Shown here: one piece after another, positions 10,974 through 23,800 of the stretch
Layout: each line of letters opens with the position of its first letter
Position numbering within the stretch: position 1 is the stretch's first letter
Source of the DNA: Entomortierella parvispora E1425
Taxonomy: Eukaryota > Fungi > Mortierellomycota
DNA: 64,000 nucleotides
Direction: 5' to 3'
Assembly: GCA_020891255.1 (NCBI GenBank)
Contig: BQFW01000010.1
Coordinates: 1,178,001-1,242,000 of the forward strand
The notes under the pieces: model-generated
The model's input: only the letters and a program-made list of their open reading frames with translations
The model's database searches: none
What the model was told of the DNA's origin: nothing
Program-made: the position numbers and the translations under genes

Positions 10974-11453
10974 ATGACTTCACCAAACAAGATCCAAAAG
11001 AGAAGAGCGTTCTTGGAGAAATACGGAAGTGGCCCAAGGGCTTACTTCCGCAGAGAGGGGGCGTTTGTCATGGCCGCTATCACTATTATCATTATTGGCG
11101 CTGGCGCCCTGGCTCTCTCAGGAGCAACTCTTAATATCGGCTATCTCTTTCTCTTGGCTGCTATAGCCTTGCTTCTCGCATTTATCTGCACTTATCTCGT
11201 AAGTGTTTGATTTTTTTTCTGAAAATCCGTCTTGCTGAAGAGAGAAGGTGGAATTTATTGTTGTTTCTATGATGCATGCGAATAGATCTTCCACTACAAG
11301 GTCACAGAGGCTCGCAAGACCATGGCCACAGTTTTCGAGGCTGACGTCGGTTTCAGCAATACCTTTGACAACACCAACCTCGACCGCGCCTGGAATGATG
11401 CGTCTGTTTATGTCCCCCCGCCTCCTCCACCTGCTTTTGTCACCCGACCCTGA
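10974..11453 (+). CDS. Small (130 aa) two-TM membrane protein with Pro-rich C-terminal tail, unknown function
   Basis: ATG 10974; phase-0 intron GTAAGT 11199..TAG 11285; the second exon is open to TGA 11451-53. Peptide: MTSPNKIQKRRAFLEKYG...AAITIIIIGAGALALSGATLNIGYLFLLAAIALLLAFICTYL|IFHYKVTEARK...VYVPPPPPPAFVTRP. Confidence 0.7.
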
Positions 11454-11803
11454 ATTCTTCCAATAAACACATACCCGTGCGCCACCAACTATAAAATCAC
11501 GTGACCATATATCAAAAAGCAGTCCTTGTTGTGGTATTTTTTTTTTGAGGAAGCTTTCTTTTTTTTTTTTTTTTTTTTTTCTAAAGAGGAGGGGTCCTTG
11601 TCCTGTGCCTCTCTTGTCTTTGTCTGTCCTTCATCCTACCTCCATCCCTTGTCAGCTCTCTTGAACGGGAGACAGCCTCAAAGGAGAACAAAGAAAAAAA
11701 AAACCACATCTGCATCCATCCAGCATTAGTCCGCATTCATTCATTCTCATTTCATCCTCATTGCATTCTTTTTATTATTACTCCTTTGCATCCATTCACC
11801 CAA

Positions 11804-14800
11804 ATGGCGTCCACTATCCACAATCCACTCCGCATGGACCTCTCGTCCGCAACGTCAGACCTGCTAGAGTTCCTTGATACCCAAATCCAAGTCAGGCCAA
11901 CAGAAGCGACCCTATCACAGTCCCAGCGCCAGACTTTGGTCTCTTTCGCCGACGGCGCAAACCCATCCTCGCGCGAGTCCACCACAGAGGCACTCAATAT
12001 CATTTCTCAACTGCTCAAGAATGAGCATTTTTCTATCAAAATTGTCGAGCTCTTTAGACCTCTTGTTGTAGATCTAGTTGCTCGCTGGCTTACAGCCGAT
12101 GCCTCCTCGCCGCGCCTTGGCAACTCCGGCAGTGAAGATCTCAACAGGAACACTCAGGGCGATCTTGAAAGCATGGCAAGGGCCTTCGCATTAATTCTCC
12201 CGATTGTACCCCAGACAACTAGGTATGTTGTGGAATTCTTTTTGCAGTTGTGAAGACATCGCTGTTAGTACGAACGGAAGAGGTGATTTGACGGCAAACT
12301 TACCGACTGCCTACTTTGTACCTTTATTAGCTTTGCTGTTCGTCTATTTACACAATATCCCTCGCCCTTGGAATGGTTCAATACGCTCACTGAAGTCAGC
12401 CTCCGTTCTCCATCAGAGGTAAAGCAAGCAGAAAGTGGAGGATATATTTCACGGTGGCAATTTGATCAGAGGCTAACGCCCAAGCAACTCATATTTGTAG
12501 GATGTGACTATGCGAGCATTGAGCACTCTCATGACTTGCTTTAGACTCCTCAACTTTTCTCAGTCGACATTTACAACTCTCTGGGATTGGACCCCCATCT
12601 ATAATTTGCTGTCCTACAATGACGAATCAATCAAATATCTTGCCATCCGTTGCCTCGCCATTGTGCTCGATATCAGGGACGATCAGATCGGAGAGGCGTT
12701 GAAGGCACATTTGAATGGAGCAGACGTGAACTGGATCACTGGATCTCAAAAATATAAGGCCGACCTCTTGTCGTAAGTTCTGCCTAATTCCGCATTGATC
12801 CATGAACTCAGGCGGAAAGACTTACATGTGTTTGTTCGTTGTGTAATAGTCTTTTAGAGCAGGATCGGATTTCTGCCGCCCAGCTTTCATTATTCAAGAA
12901 CCCAGCCATGTCAGTTGACAATGAGGGCACGCGTTACATCACCGAAGCGGATCTTTCGCCACTTACAGTCAACCTTTGCGGCGTATTATTGCCACGCTCA
13001 GTCAACTCGCACGGTGAATCCTCAACGTTGAAAGCCAAGCTTGTTCTCACGGATACGACAAAACACAATCTTCACTCCATTGGTCTGGCTCTCTCCATCG
13101 GTGCTCCAGTTCTTTTGGAAGGTGTTACAGGAGCTGGAAAAACTGCTCTCGTGGAAGAGGTCGCTAGAGTCACAGGAAGAGATGGTATGCCGAGCCTGAA
13201 AATGAATTTGTGGATAAATGATCCTCAACTAAACACTTCAGGATCTAAACTGACCTTACTTTCATTTTAATGGTGATTTAGATTTGGTAAAGATCCATTT
13301 GGGTGATCAAACAGATTCCAAGGTTCTTCTGGGCACTTATGTCTCGACCTCAACACCGGGATCCTTCAAGTGGCAAGCTGGCGTTCTTACAACTGCTGTT
13401 CGGGATGGAAAGTGGCTTTTGATCGAAGATATCGACCTGGCGCCAATGGAGGTTCTTTCAGTTCTCTTGCCATTACTCGAATCTAGGACACTGTTCATTC
13501 CCAGTCGAGGCGAGAAGATCCCCGCCAGTGAGGGATTCCAGCTATTTGCAACCAAATCCCTGATCCCCACTAGATCTGGTCGTATGATGGCTCGTAACAT
13601 TGGAGGAACAGACGGTAGCATTGGAAGTAACCTCTGGACTAGAGTTCAAGTCAATTCTCTATCGCACCAGGAGCTGTCGCAGATTATCCACGAGCGTTTC
13701 AGTAACTTGGGAGATGATATTCTCCCGAAGCTGATCATGGGCGTGTTCGAGAGAATTTCGGATATTTTCAGCTCAACGGAGTTCTCGACTTCTCAATCTA
13801 TGGTTTCGCGAGTCATTTCACCTCGTGATCTCATGAAGTGGTGTACACGTATTGATACCATGATCCAAGCTAAGGGTGGTATCGCCGCTCTCGGAAACAT
13901 GATCAGCCAGCGCAGAGGCATTGATGAGCTCATCCTTCAGGATCTGTTTGCAGAGGCAGTCGATTGCTTTTGCTCCATGATCGCCGAGTATGATGTCTGG
14001 GTCCAGGTTCTTATTCGTCTTGGCGCGGCTTTGACACTCCCGGAGCAGACAGTCCTGCATTACATCAACAACTACGCTCCCAAGCTGGACGAGTCACGCG
14101 ACGACTTTGTCACAATCGGTCGTGTCACCCTTCCCGTTTTAACAGTCGAAGATGGCGGATCCCGCAGACGAGGAAAGCGACCCACCTTTGCCAGGACGGC
14201 TCATGCAGCCAAGCTTTTAGAGAGGATCGCCGTATCTGTCCGTTTGAACGAACCAACGTTGCTGGTGGGAGAGACTGGAACAGGAAAGACAACAGTGGTC
14301 CAGCAACTCGCTCACTTGCTGAATCACGACCTCACCGTCATCAACTTGTCCCAGCAATCAGATTCGTCCGATCTTCTCGGAGGATTCAAACCTGTTGATG
14401 TCAAAGTGCTCGCCGTACCGTTGAAAATCATGTTTGATGAGTTGTTCACTCGGACCTTCTCCAAAAAGAAGAACCAGGAGTTCATGAATCTCGTCGACAA
14501 GCTCTACCACAAGAGCAAGTGGGACCAATTGATCAAGACTTGGACCAAGGCCGTCGAGATGGCCGAAATTCAGATCAACAAGTCCAAACAGTCAGCACAC
14601 GGTGAAGGTGGATCTTCCAAAAAGATTTCTCCTACTTTAAAGCAGGATTGGCAGTCGTTCTCGGATCAGCTTTCGAAGCTCAAGGAGACTTACTCGGCAT
14701 CCTCTGCAAAGTTTGTCTTTTCTTTCCTGGAAGGTGCCCTTGTTAAGGCTGTTCGTCGCGGAGACTGGATTCTTCTGGACGAAATCAATCTTGCCACCAC

Positions 14801-17800
14801 CGAGACTTTGGAGTCTTTGAGTGGATTGTTGCAAGACGAGAAGGGCAGTATTTTATTGGCAGAAAGAGGCGACTCTGAGCCTGTGGTGCGCCATCCCGGG
14901 TTCCGCGTCTTTGCCTGTATGAACCCCGCCACGGATGTGGGCAAGAAGGATCTCCCCCCTGGTCTCCGCAACCGTTTCACGGAATTTTATGTTCACCCAC
15001 CAGATGCTAGAATGGATGACCTGCAGGAGATCATCAAGGCGTATCTCAAGAACGTCGTCATTCGGGATGAAGTTGCCGTGGTCGACATTGCCGAATTTTA
15101 CATGGAGGTCAAGAAACTCAGCAACCTCCACAAGCTCGCGGATGGAGCAGGTCAGCGTCCTCACTTCTCCATGAGAACGTTGACTCGTGCTCTTCAGTTT
15201 GTGCGCGAGATCACTGAAACTTATGGTCTTCGTCGGTCTATGTATGAAGCATTCAGTATGACGTTCTTGACTCAGTTGGACAAGGCTAGTGAGAAGACTG
15301 TTCGTCAACTTGTCGTGAAGCATCTACTCAGAAACGTCCAGAATCCCACAAAGATGGTAGCGCAAATTCCTCGTCGCCCAGAAACTGGAGAAGGCGTGGA
15401 GGTCATCCAATTTGGACATTTTTGGCTTCAGTGTGGATCCCACCCTATCCATAACGACGCTCGTTACATCAGAACATCTTCTGTCGACATCAACCTGAAC
15501 AACTTGGCTCGTGTAGTAATGACCAGGCGATTCCCAATTCTAATTCAGGGACCTACTTCGTCCGGAAAGACATCCATGATCGAATACCTGGCCAATTGCC
15601 TGGGCCACAAGTTTGTGCGAATCAACAACCACGAGCACACGGATTTGCAGGAGTATATTGGCACGTACATTTCGAACTCGGAGGGACAGCTTGTCTTCCA
15701 GGAAGGCGTGTTAGTCGAAGCCCTGAGAAATGGATACTGGATTGTCCTGGATGAACTTAACTTGGCACCAAGCGACGTCCTTGAGGCTCTTAACCGTTTG
15801 CTGGACGACAACCGCGAGCTCGTCATCCCCGAGACTGGAGAGATTGTGAGACCCCACCCGGACTTCATGCTCTTCGCTACTCAGAATCCCGCCGGTTTGT
15901 ACGGAGGGCGAAAGCAACTTTCTCGGGCTTTCCGCAATCGTTTCTTGGAGTTGTTCTTCGACGAAATTCCAGAGAACGAACTGGAGACGATTCTCTCGCA
16001 ACGTTGTGTCATGGCACCAAGTTACTGCAAGAGACTAGTCGAGGTTTATAAGAAGCTGATGGCACGTCGTCAGACCACTCGTCTGTTTGAGCAAGGCCAT
16101 GGTTTTATTACTCTTCGTGATCTGTTCCGATGGGCTGGTCGTGGAGCGGGCAGCTATGAAGAGCTTGCCATGGATGGTTATATGATCTTGGCCGAGAGAT
16201 GTCGCAAGGACGAAGAGCGCTCTGTCGTCAAAGAGGTTCTGGAAGAGGTCATGAAGTGCAAAATTGACCTGGACCAGATGTACAACTGCCCCGAGGTCCA
16301 CGAGTACATCGAGAAGTTCCATGGTGGCCGTGAGAACGTTGTTTGGACCAAGGCTATGAGGCGCCTCTTTACCCTCGTCAGCCGCTGTCTCAAGAACAAT
16401 GAGCCCGTCTTGTTGGTGGGAGAAACTGGATGCGGAAAGACCACGGTCTGTCAGATGTTATCCGAATACCTTGGACGGGAGTTGGTTATCGTGAACTGTC
16501 ACCAAAATACGGAAACCGCCGATCTTCTTGGAGGGCAGAGACCTGTCAGAAACAACCAGGGCTTTGTTGCTTCTACCAAGACTGAGCTTGTCCGGTTTAT
16601 TATTCAGTCCGGTAGCGAAATTACTTTTGTCCCCGAGGAGGCCGACTTGGACGTGATTGTCACCGCCTTCGAGAACTGCGTCAAGGCTGGCCAATTGGAG
16701 TCGCGTGTTTTGGACGACGGAACGGAACTGAAGATTGTCATTGCTGAGCTCCGTAAAGCTTACCGACAGGCAACAACTCTGTTTGAATGGCATGATGGTC
16801 CTTTGGTGCAGTCTATGAAGGAGGGTCATCTCTTCCTGCTTGATGAGATCTCCTTGGCCGATGACTCTGTTCTGGAGCGTCTCAACAGTGTTCTAGAGCC
16901 TCACCGTCTCCTTGTCTTGGCTGAGAAGGGAGGCAAGACTGTTGAGGTGATGAACGGCGTTCCCAACTTCCAGTTCTTGGCCACTATGAACCCTGGAGGA
17001 GATTACGGCAAAAAGGAGCTTTCGCCCGCTCTTCGTAACCGTTTTACTGAGATTTGGGTCCCTGCCGTGACTGACCGTGAGGATCTGATCAAGATTATTG
17101 ACGAGCAGATCCAGTACAAGACTGAAATGGCAGGATTTTCCGAGCGCATCTTGGACTTCATCGCTTGGTTCACCCACGAGCTGGGTAAGAGCCGAGTTGT
17201 CGTCAGTCTGAGAGATATCCTGGCCTGGGTCCGATTTATGAACGCTCTCATGAGTAAGGGTCAATTGACGGCCGAGGAGGCCTTCGTCCACGGAGGAAGT
17301 CTAGTCCTCCTGGATGGTCTTGGTTCTAATGCTTCGGCAGGAGGAGCCTCTCTTACGGGCGACCTTTTAAAAGAGTTCCGTCTCCGATCCTTGGCGGCAT
17401 TGAGCAAGAAGGACGACGTTTTGAGTCTTGGAGAAGCTTCCGTCTTTGCCGACGGTACTGGTGCCGTCAAGAATGGTGACGGCGAGTTCGGTATCACTCC
17501 CTTTTACATCAAGAAGGGCCAGTTGGAGGACCAAAAAATTAAGTTTACGCTGTTGGCCCCAACAACAACCGACAACGCCATGCGAGTCCTGCGTGCACTT
17601 CAGCTTCGCAAACCAATTTTGCTAGAGGGTTCACCCGGTGTTGGAAAAACCTCCCTGATCTCAGCCCTTGCCACAGCTTCCGCCCACAACCTGGTCAGGA
17701 TCAACTTGTCTGAGCAGACGGATTTGATGGATCTCTTTGGTTCTGATCTCCCTGTCGAAGGAGGCAACAGCGGCGAGTTTGCTTGGAGGGATGCCCCTTT

Positions 17801-20800
17801 CCTTCAGGCCATGAAGAGTGGCGACTGGGTTTTGCTCGACGAAATTAACCTCGCCAGTCAGAGTGTTCTCGAAGGTCTCAACTCTTGCTTGGATCATCGT
17901 GGTGCCGTTTATATCCCTGAGCTGGACAGGACCTTTGACTGCGATCCCAACTTCAGAGTGTTTGCTGCCCAGAATCCTTTGCAACAGGGAGGTGGCCGTA
18001 AGGGTCTTCCAAAGTCCTTCGTGAATCGTTTCACTCAAGTTTTTGTCGAGCAGCTTTCCGACGGAGATATCTTGTTTATCTGCAAGCACCTCTTCCCTGA
18101 GGTTGAGGACTCGATGATGAGCAAGATGATCGAGTTCAACTACCAGATGTTTGAAGAGACGATGGTCAAGATGACATTTGGCCGCAAGGGTAGTCCCTGG
18201 GAATTCAACTTGCGCGATGTCTTCCGATGGATGGAATTGATGACCTTGCCTGATCATGGTCTTCGCTTCAACCATGACCCTGCAGAGCACTTTGATCTCA
18301 TTTATCTGCAGCGTATGAGAACCGAGGAAGACAGGGCGGCCACCACTGCCTTGTTCGAGAAGATTTTCGGTCAGACCTATAACCGCAACAAGGTGCCTTA
18401 TTATCATATCGACGACAAGAACCTTCAAGTGGGACACTCCCTTTTAACCCGTCAACATGGAGACACCAGCAACGTTCTTGGAAAGGACCTGCATATCATG
18501 CAGTCTCTCCTCACTCCTCTGGAGGGTCTCATGAAGTGCGTGGAAGTCAATTGGATGGCGATTTTAACCGGACCAGCTTCCAGCGGTAAGACCTCGATCG
18601 TTCGCCTGTTGGCAAACTTGACCGGAAACAAGCTCGAGGAGTTCTCCATGAACTCTGGAGTTGATACCATGGAGTTGTTGGGAGGATTCGAGCAGGTCGA
18701 CATTGCCCGTCACCAGGAGCACATCCTCTTTGGGCTTTCTCGTCTTGCCAGCCGTGTCTCCCGCGAGCTGATTCTTATCAGAGGCGAAGCTGGAGTCAAC
18801 AGTGTTGCTTACGCCCGTGAAATCAGTCAGAGTCTCTACCTTCTTCAGTCCCAGGACCGGTTTGCGAAGCGCGGTGCCTTCGATGGCAACCATGCTGACG
18901 ATCGTGTCATGCGAAACAACGCTATCGAGTCTCTTTTGAATCAGATCCGCTATTTGGTCCAGGAGTTCCGTCTCGAGTTTACCAAGGAAATGAATGAGCT
19001 TGATGAGAAGTTCAAGGTCCTTCGTGGTCTGGAGAACACGTCCGTGAGCGGCCGCTTTGAGTGGATCGATGGATCGCTGATCAATGCTCTTGAGCATGGT
19101 TACTGGCTCTTGATCGACAACGCCAACTTGAGCAACCCCTCAGTTCTGGATCGACTCAACTCGCTCATGGAGCCCAGCGGCACATTGATGGTGAACGAGC
19201 GTGGTTTGGTGGACGGTGAGGTCCGCATCATTCGACCCCACCCCAACTTCAGAATCTTCATGACCGTCGACCCCAGATACGGCGAACTGTCGCGTGCGAT
19301 GAGAAACCGTGGAGTCGAAATCACTCTTGTGGACGCAGAGTGGATCAATAACACTCACGATTCAGTCAAGATTACGAACAGCCTCGGTATCCGTGGTTCG
19401 GGTGTCACCAAGATGATCAGCAACATTCACCACTACATCCAGGATTACTTCAAGCTGACTATGCCCTGGAAGACGGTAAATGCCAAAGATATGCTTCTTT
19501 ACACTCGTTTTGTCGTCGAGCGTCTCCAGCGCGGCGAACCCTTGGAAATGGCCCTCCGCCATGGAGTTCAGCAAGTATACACCTTTGAGGGAGAAAACCA
19601 CTTGGACTTGCCTACCGCCGAAACTCTGGAGGCACCTTCATTTGAACTGGAGGCTTCTTATGACAAGAATCTGTCTGTTACCAGCTGCCCCCATCTCCTT
19701 GATGGTCGCATGTTCTCTCAAGAGTCCAAGCTTGCTACTGTCTCCTTGCACGGCTCGTATCTGATGTACTTGCTCCTACTGGATGCTCCTACTACTGCCA
19801 GCTGGACCGCAGCTCAGTACTTTTTGGAGACGAACTCGATCCATGACTCTGATCTTCGCCAGACTTGGATTCAGAACCTCATGCAGACCCATGACCTGGA
19901 GGATTCTAGCAGAGGTCAGGCTCTGTTGGTGGATCATATTCTTGGTATGCTCTCGCAGAGTCCCTTGTTGGCCCGCCTTGCAACTCTCAAGGAGCACTTG
20001 GCGACCAGACTGTCACTAGATGTCCACTTTTTGGGAACTCAGGTAAACATCAGATATAGGATGATCCTTGATCTTTTTGTTATTTAATGTTTCGTCATCA
20101 TTAACCATAATTCCTACCGTTGAAATTAGCCTGCTGACATGCGTATGAACCCCAATTTGTTCTGGGCCATCGACAGGCTTTGCGAGACAAACGAGGAGGC
20201 GATGGCAGACTGGCTCGAATACCAGGCTGTTGCTCGCCTGATTGGTCTTTTCATTCGTGTCAAGAAGCTGGACTATACGGAAGAAAAGGTGTATGCTCTT
20301 GCACGAGGCAAGAAGCCAAGCACAGTTCAAATCTCGCATCTCTACCAGCGTCAGCTCTGGGATAAGCCTTTGCAGCATCAAGTTGTTGCAGAGATCAGCC
20401 CTTGCCTGAATGCTATCAAGACCATTGTCACCCAGTGGATCACTGGCATGAATGGACTCAGTGCAGAGAATGTAAGAAAAGTACCAGATCTGATTACTTT
20501 TTTTTGCTGTGGATTTGGAAGACTTGTAACTAATATTACTTTACATTTTACTGCTTAGACCACAAAGCTTCACTTGTTCCTTGATAAACGCGACATGGTC
20601 TGGGAGGCTGTTCAGCAGCCGACTGTGAACGTCGGAGAGCTCATGATATTGGTCAAGATGATGTCTGAGGCCGGCGAGTTCTTGCTCCAGCTTTCTCCCG
20701 AGTTCTTCGGCCCTCTGTTCCAGAGTCTTAACGTCATGACCGAAGCTATGGTCTTGACTACAGGAACGCTGATGAAGAATCTCTGGAGACGTCTCCATCC

Positions 20801-23800
20801 ATCCGTTTTGGCTTCACAGGAGTTGGTTGAGGTCGAAGAGGAGCTTTTGGCAATTGCATCGACAATTGACGTCTGGTCTGACGATTCCTTGTTGGATCAT
20901 GATATCCTGGCCAAGGCCAGAGCTATCGGAAGGATGCCCGAGTTCAAGGATACTCTTGTCGACGCTATTGCAACCCTTTACTTCGTCGACCAGAGCCCTG
21001 AGAACGGAGCCCTCTTGCTTAAAACCATCAAGCATGTCCCAGCTGTAAGTATCAAGTTATCCTTTCGCATTCCATTTTTGGCAGGGGGGCTATAACTGCT
21101 CTTGTCAACTCACCATATTTTTTTCGTCATATTTCTAGCATCTTCGTAAACAAATCGAGGGAGTGCAGAAGCAACAGGAGGGTTACACCAAACTCAGATC
21201 GGCCACAGACCAAGACGCAGAGAACTTTATGTATCCTATCATGGATTTCTCCAGCTCTGTGACCGAGATGGCCTTGCTCTCCAAGCTGCAGCATGTTCTA
21301 CCTGCTGGAGCCAAGCTGTCCAAGGAGGTCTTGGATGAGATCAAATCCTTGCACGAGTTCTCGTTGAAGAGCACCACCCGATCTGCAGTGGATTTTGTCC
21401 CCCACAAGCGTTTGATCTGGGTTTTTGATTCAGACAGCAAAGGTAAGAATGTGAAATGTACGATGGGTTTGTTTTCATGCTTTCAACAATGCGATCATTA
21501 TGTCCTGACCATGCTGTTATGATGTCTTTAGATGTGAGCGAAACCACCACTGCGGTTTACAATCGCTTGGTCCAGGATGTGTTGCACAACTGGCACGCTC
21601 GACTCTGGCATAATGCCTTCAAGGACGCAAAGTTTGACTCGTATGGTGGCAAGAAGCCAACTGAGGATGTCCGTGAATTCACTGCTGTCCAGGGTCCTGC
21701 CAAGCTTTTCCAGAGTGTGGACAGTGTTGCATACTTCAACTACCTGTAAGTTGGATTCCACAGTTCCAACCATGTATTTGTTTTGACATAAGAGTTGACA
21801 GCTGACAACGTTTTTACTATCTTATTATACCTTTAGGACCACTCTTCCCAAAGCCGCTATCAGCTCTTTGGACATTCAGCTTGAGCAAACTCGTTCCTTG
21901 GTGTCGCACCAGGCGCGTATTTCCAAGCACATCAACCGTGTTGCTGCGTCGTTGATCAACTTGATCTCATCCATTAGCATGGTAGGAATTCGAAAGCAGC
22001 GATGTATTGCTCGTAGTGACATGTTTGAAGTTCAAGTTTATTAACTCTCTCTTTGTTCTTTCTCTTGCTCGTAGCTTTTGGATGCCATTGTTCTGGTGCA
22101 CACAGAGATTGATTTCTCTCAGCAGCTCGGTTCGTTGGAAGCACTTTCTGCGATCTTGAGCTCTGGTACCCGGCAACAGTCAGCCTTTGCTGGTAGCTTG
22201 GAATGCCTGACCCAGTTCAAAGCCACCGATGTCCCCATCAAGCCATCGACCATTGGACGACATCTTGCCTTGGCCATCTCCCATTTGGTAGAATCCGTTC
22301 GATACTACCAAGCTGTGGGCGAGAGCGAGACTCTGCTTCAAATCCATCATGGCAAGGCATGGGTTCATGTTGGGTTGACATTTTTGATTCTCTATGTCCC
22401 CGACTATTCATTGGATCCCACCGCCAAGCCCCGCCTGATGCTTCATGCCTTGCAGTTGAAGCGCGAGGCCCTTCAGTCAGAAATCAAGGTGCGCCAGGAG
22501 ATTGAAGCCAGCTTCACTGGCTCCACTGAGAATGCCATTGTACTGGAAAAGATTCAAGAGCTTTCCCGTGTCGAATACGAGATCGAACACTTCTCTTTGG
22601 ACGTGGCTCTTCGCCCCGCAAAGTCTCAATTGGAAGAGCTCTTCAAGCAGATCTGGCAGATCCAAAAGGCAGCTGTGAACGCTGACACTTTGTCGACTTT
22701 GATCGAGAAGATGGAGAAGATCAAGGACGGCGCTCAGTTTGACCAGGAAAAGCTGTTCCAGGACGTTACACAAGAGTTTATTCGCAGAAACGGTCAAAAG
22801 TTCAGGGCCTACCGCGATATTCTCCAGCCTTTGGTCGTGGCCATTTATCAAGTCAAGTTTGGTGTCCGTCAGATCTCTTCTGCTTGCGCTTTGGGCGATG
22901 TGCCCGACCGAGAGACGCTTGAATCGATTGTCACCAGTTTGGTCCGCATCCCCGATTATCATGTGGAGAACTCGGATCGGTTCAATTCGCTCCATGTCGT
23001 TACTCAGCCCGCCACTCTTCAGGTTGTTAAGCGTACGGTCTTTGACAAGAATATGGTCTCAAAGCCCTGGTCTTTCTACCTTAAGTACTTGATCACTGCT
23101 CTTCAGCATCAACGTCGTGAGGTTTCTGCCACGGGTCTTTTGGGTTTGGCTTCTGTCGATACCCTGGACAACCTCTTTGCAGAGGTGACTGACATCTGGA
23201 CCAAGGGAGAAGAACATGCTGCTAAGCTTGCTGTTGAGCAGGAGTCGCTCTACAAGCAGCGTGTCAAGAAGTATGAGGGACTGGACGATGATGCCATGGA
23301 TGAGGCCACGTTCAAGGAGATGTTCCCCGACTTCGCTGACGACTTCAAGCCTGCCGACGACAGTATGACCATCCCTGATGACGAAGGCAAGGAAGCAGCT
23401 GCCCCTGCTGTGGAAGAAAAGACCTTTGACGAAAAGGATGTGACCTTGATCGGCAAGCTCCACCGAGCCGTATTTGAGGTTGCAGAGTTGAACAAGTGCT
23501 CTGGTGCTGTCATGACCGCCCAGGAGCGCCGCTCTCGTATCTGGACCTGGTACAACCGTGCTTCCGAGTTGGCGGATGTTAGCGAGACTGTGTTCAGTCA
23601 TCATTTAGATGCCGCCTCTCAAGGAGCACATATGCTCTCGAGTGCTTTGATGGAGGACTGGTTGACAGGCAAAGACAACAACTATTGGGCTTCAGAACCT
23701 ACCTATGACTTCTACAAGGATCAGCGTGTTGCGGAGGCTGTTAGAATCGTCCCTATTCTTCAAAAGCTCCGTCACCGCCTCGAGGGTATTCTTGCCGTCT

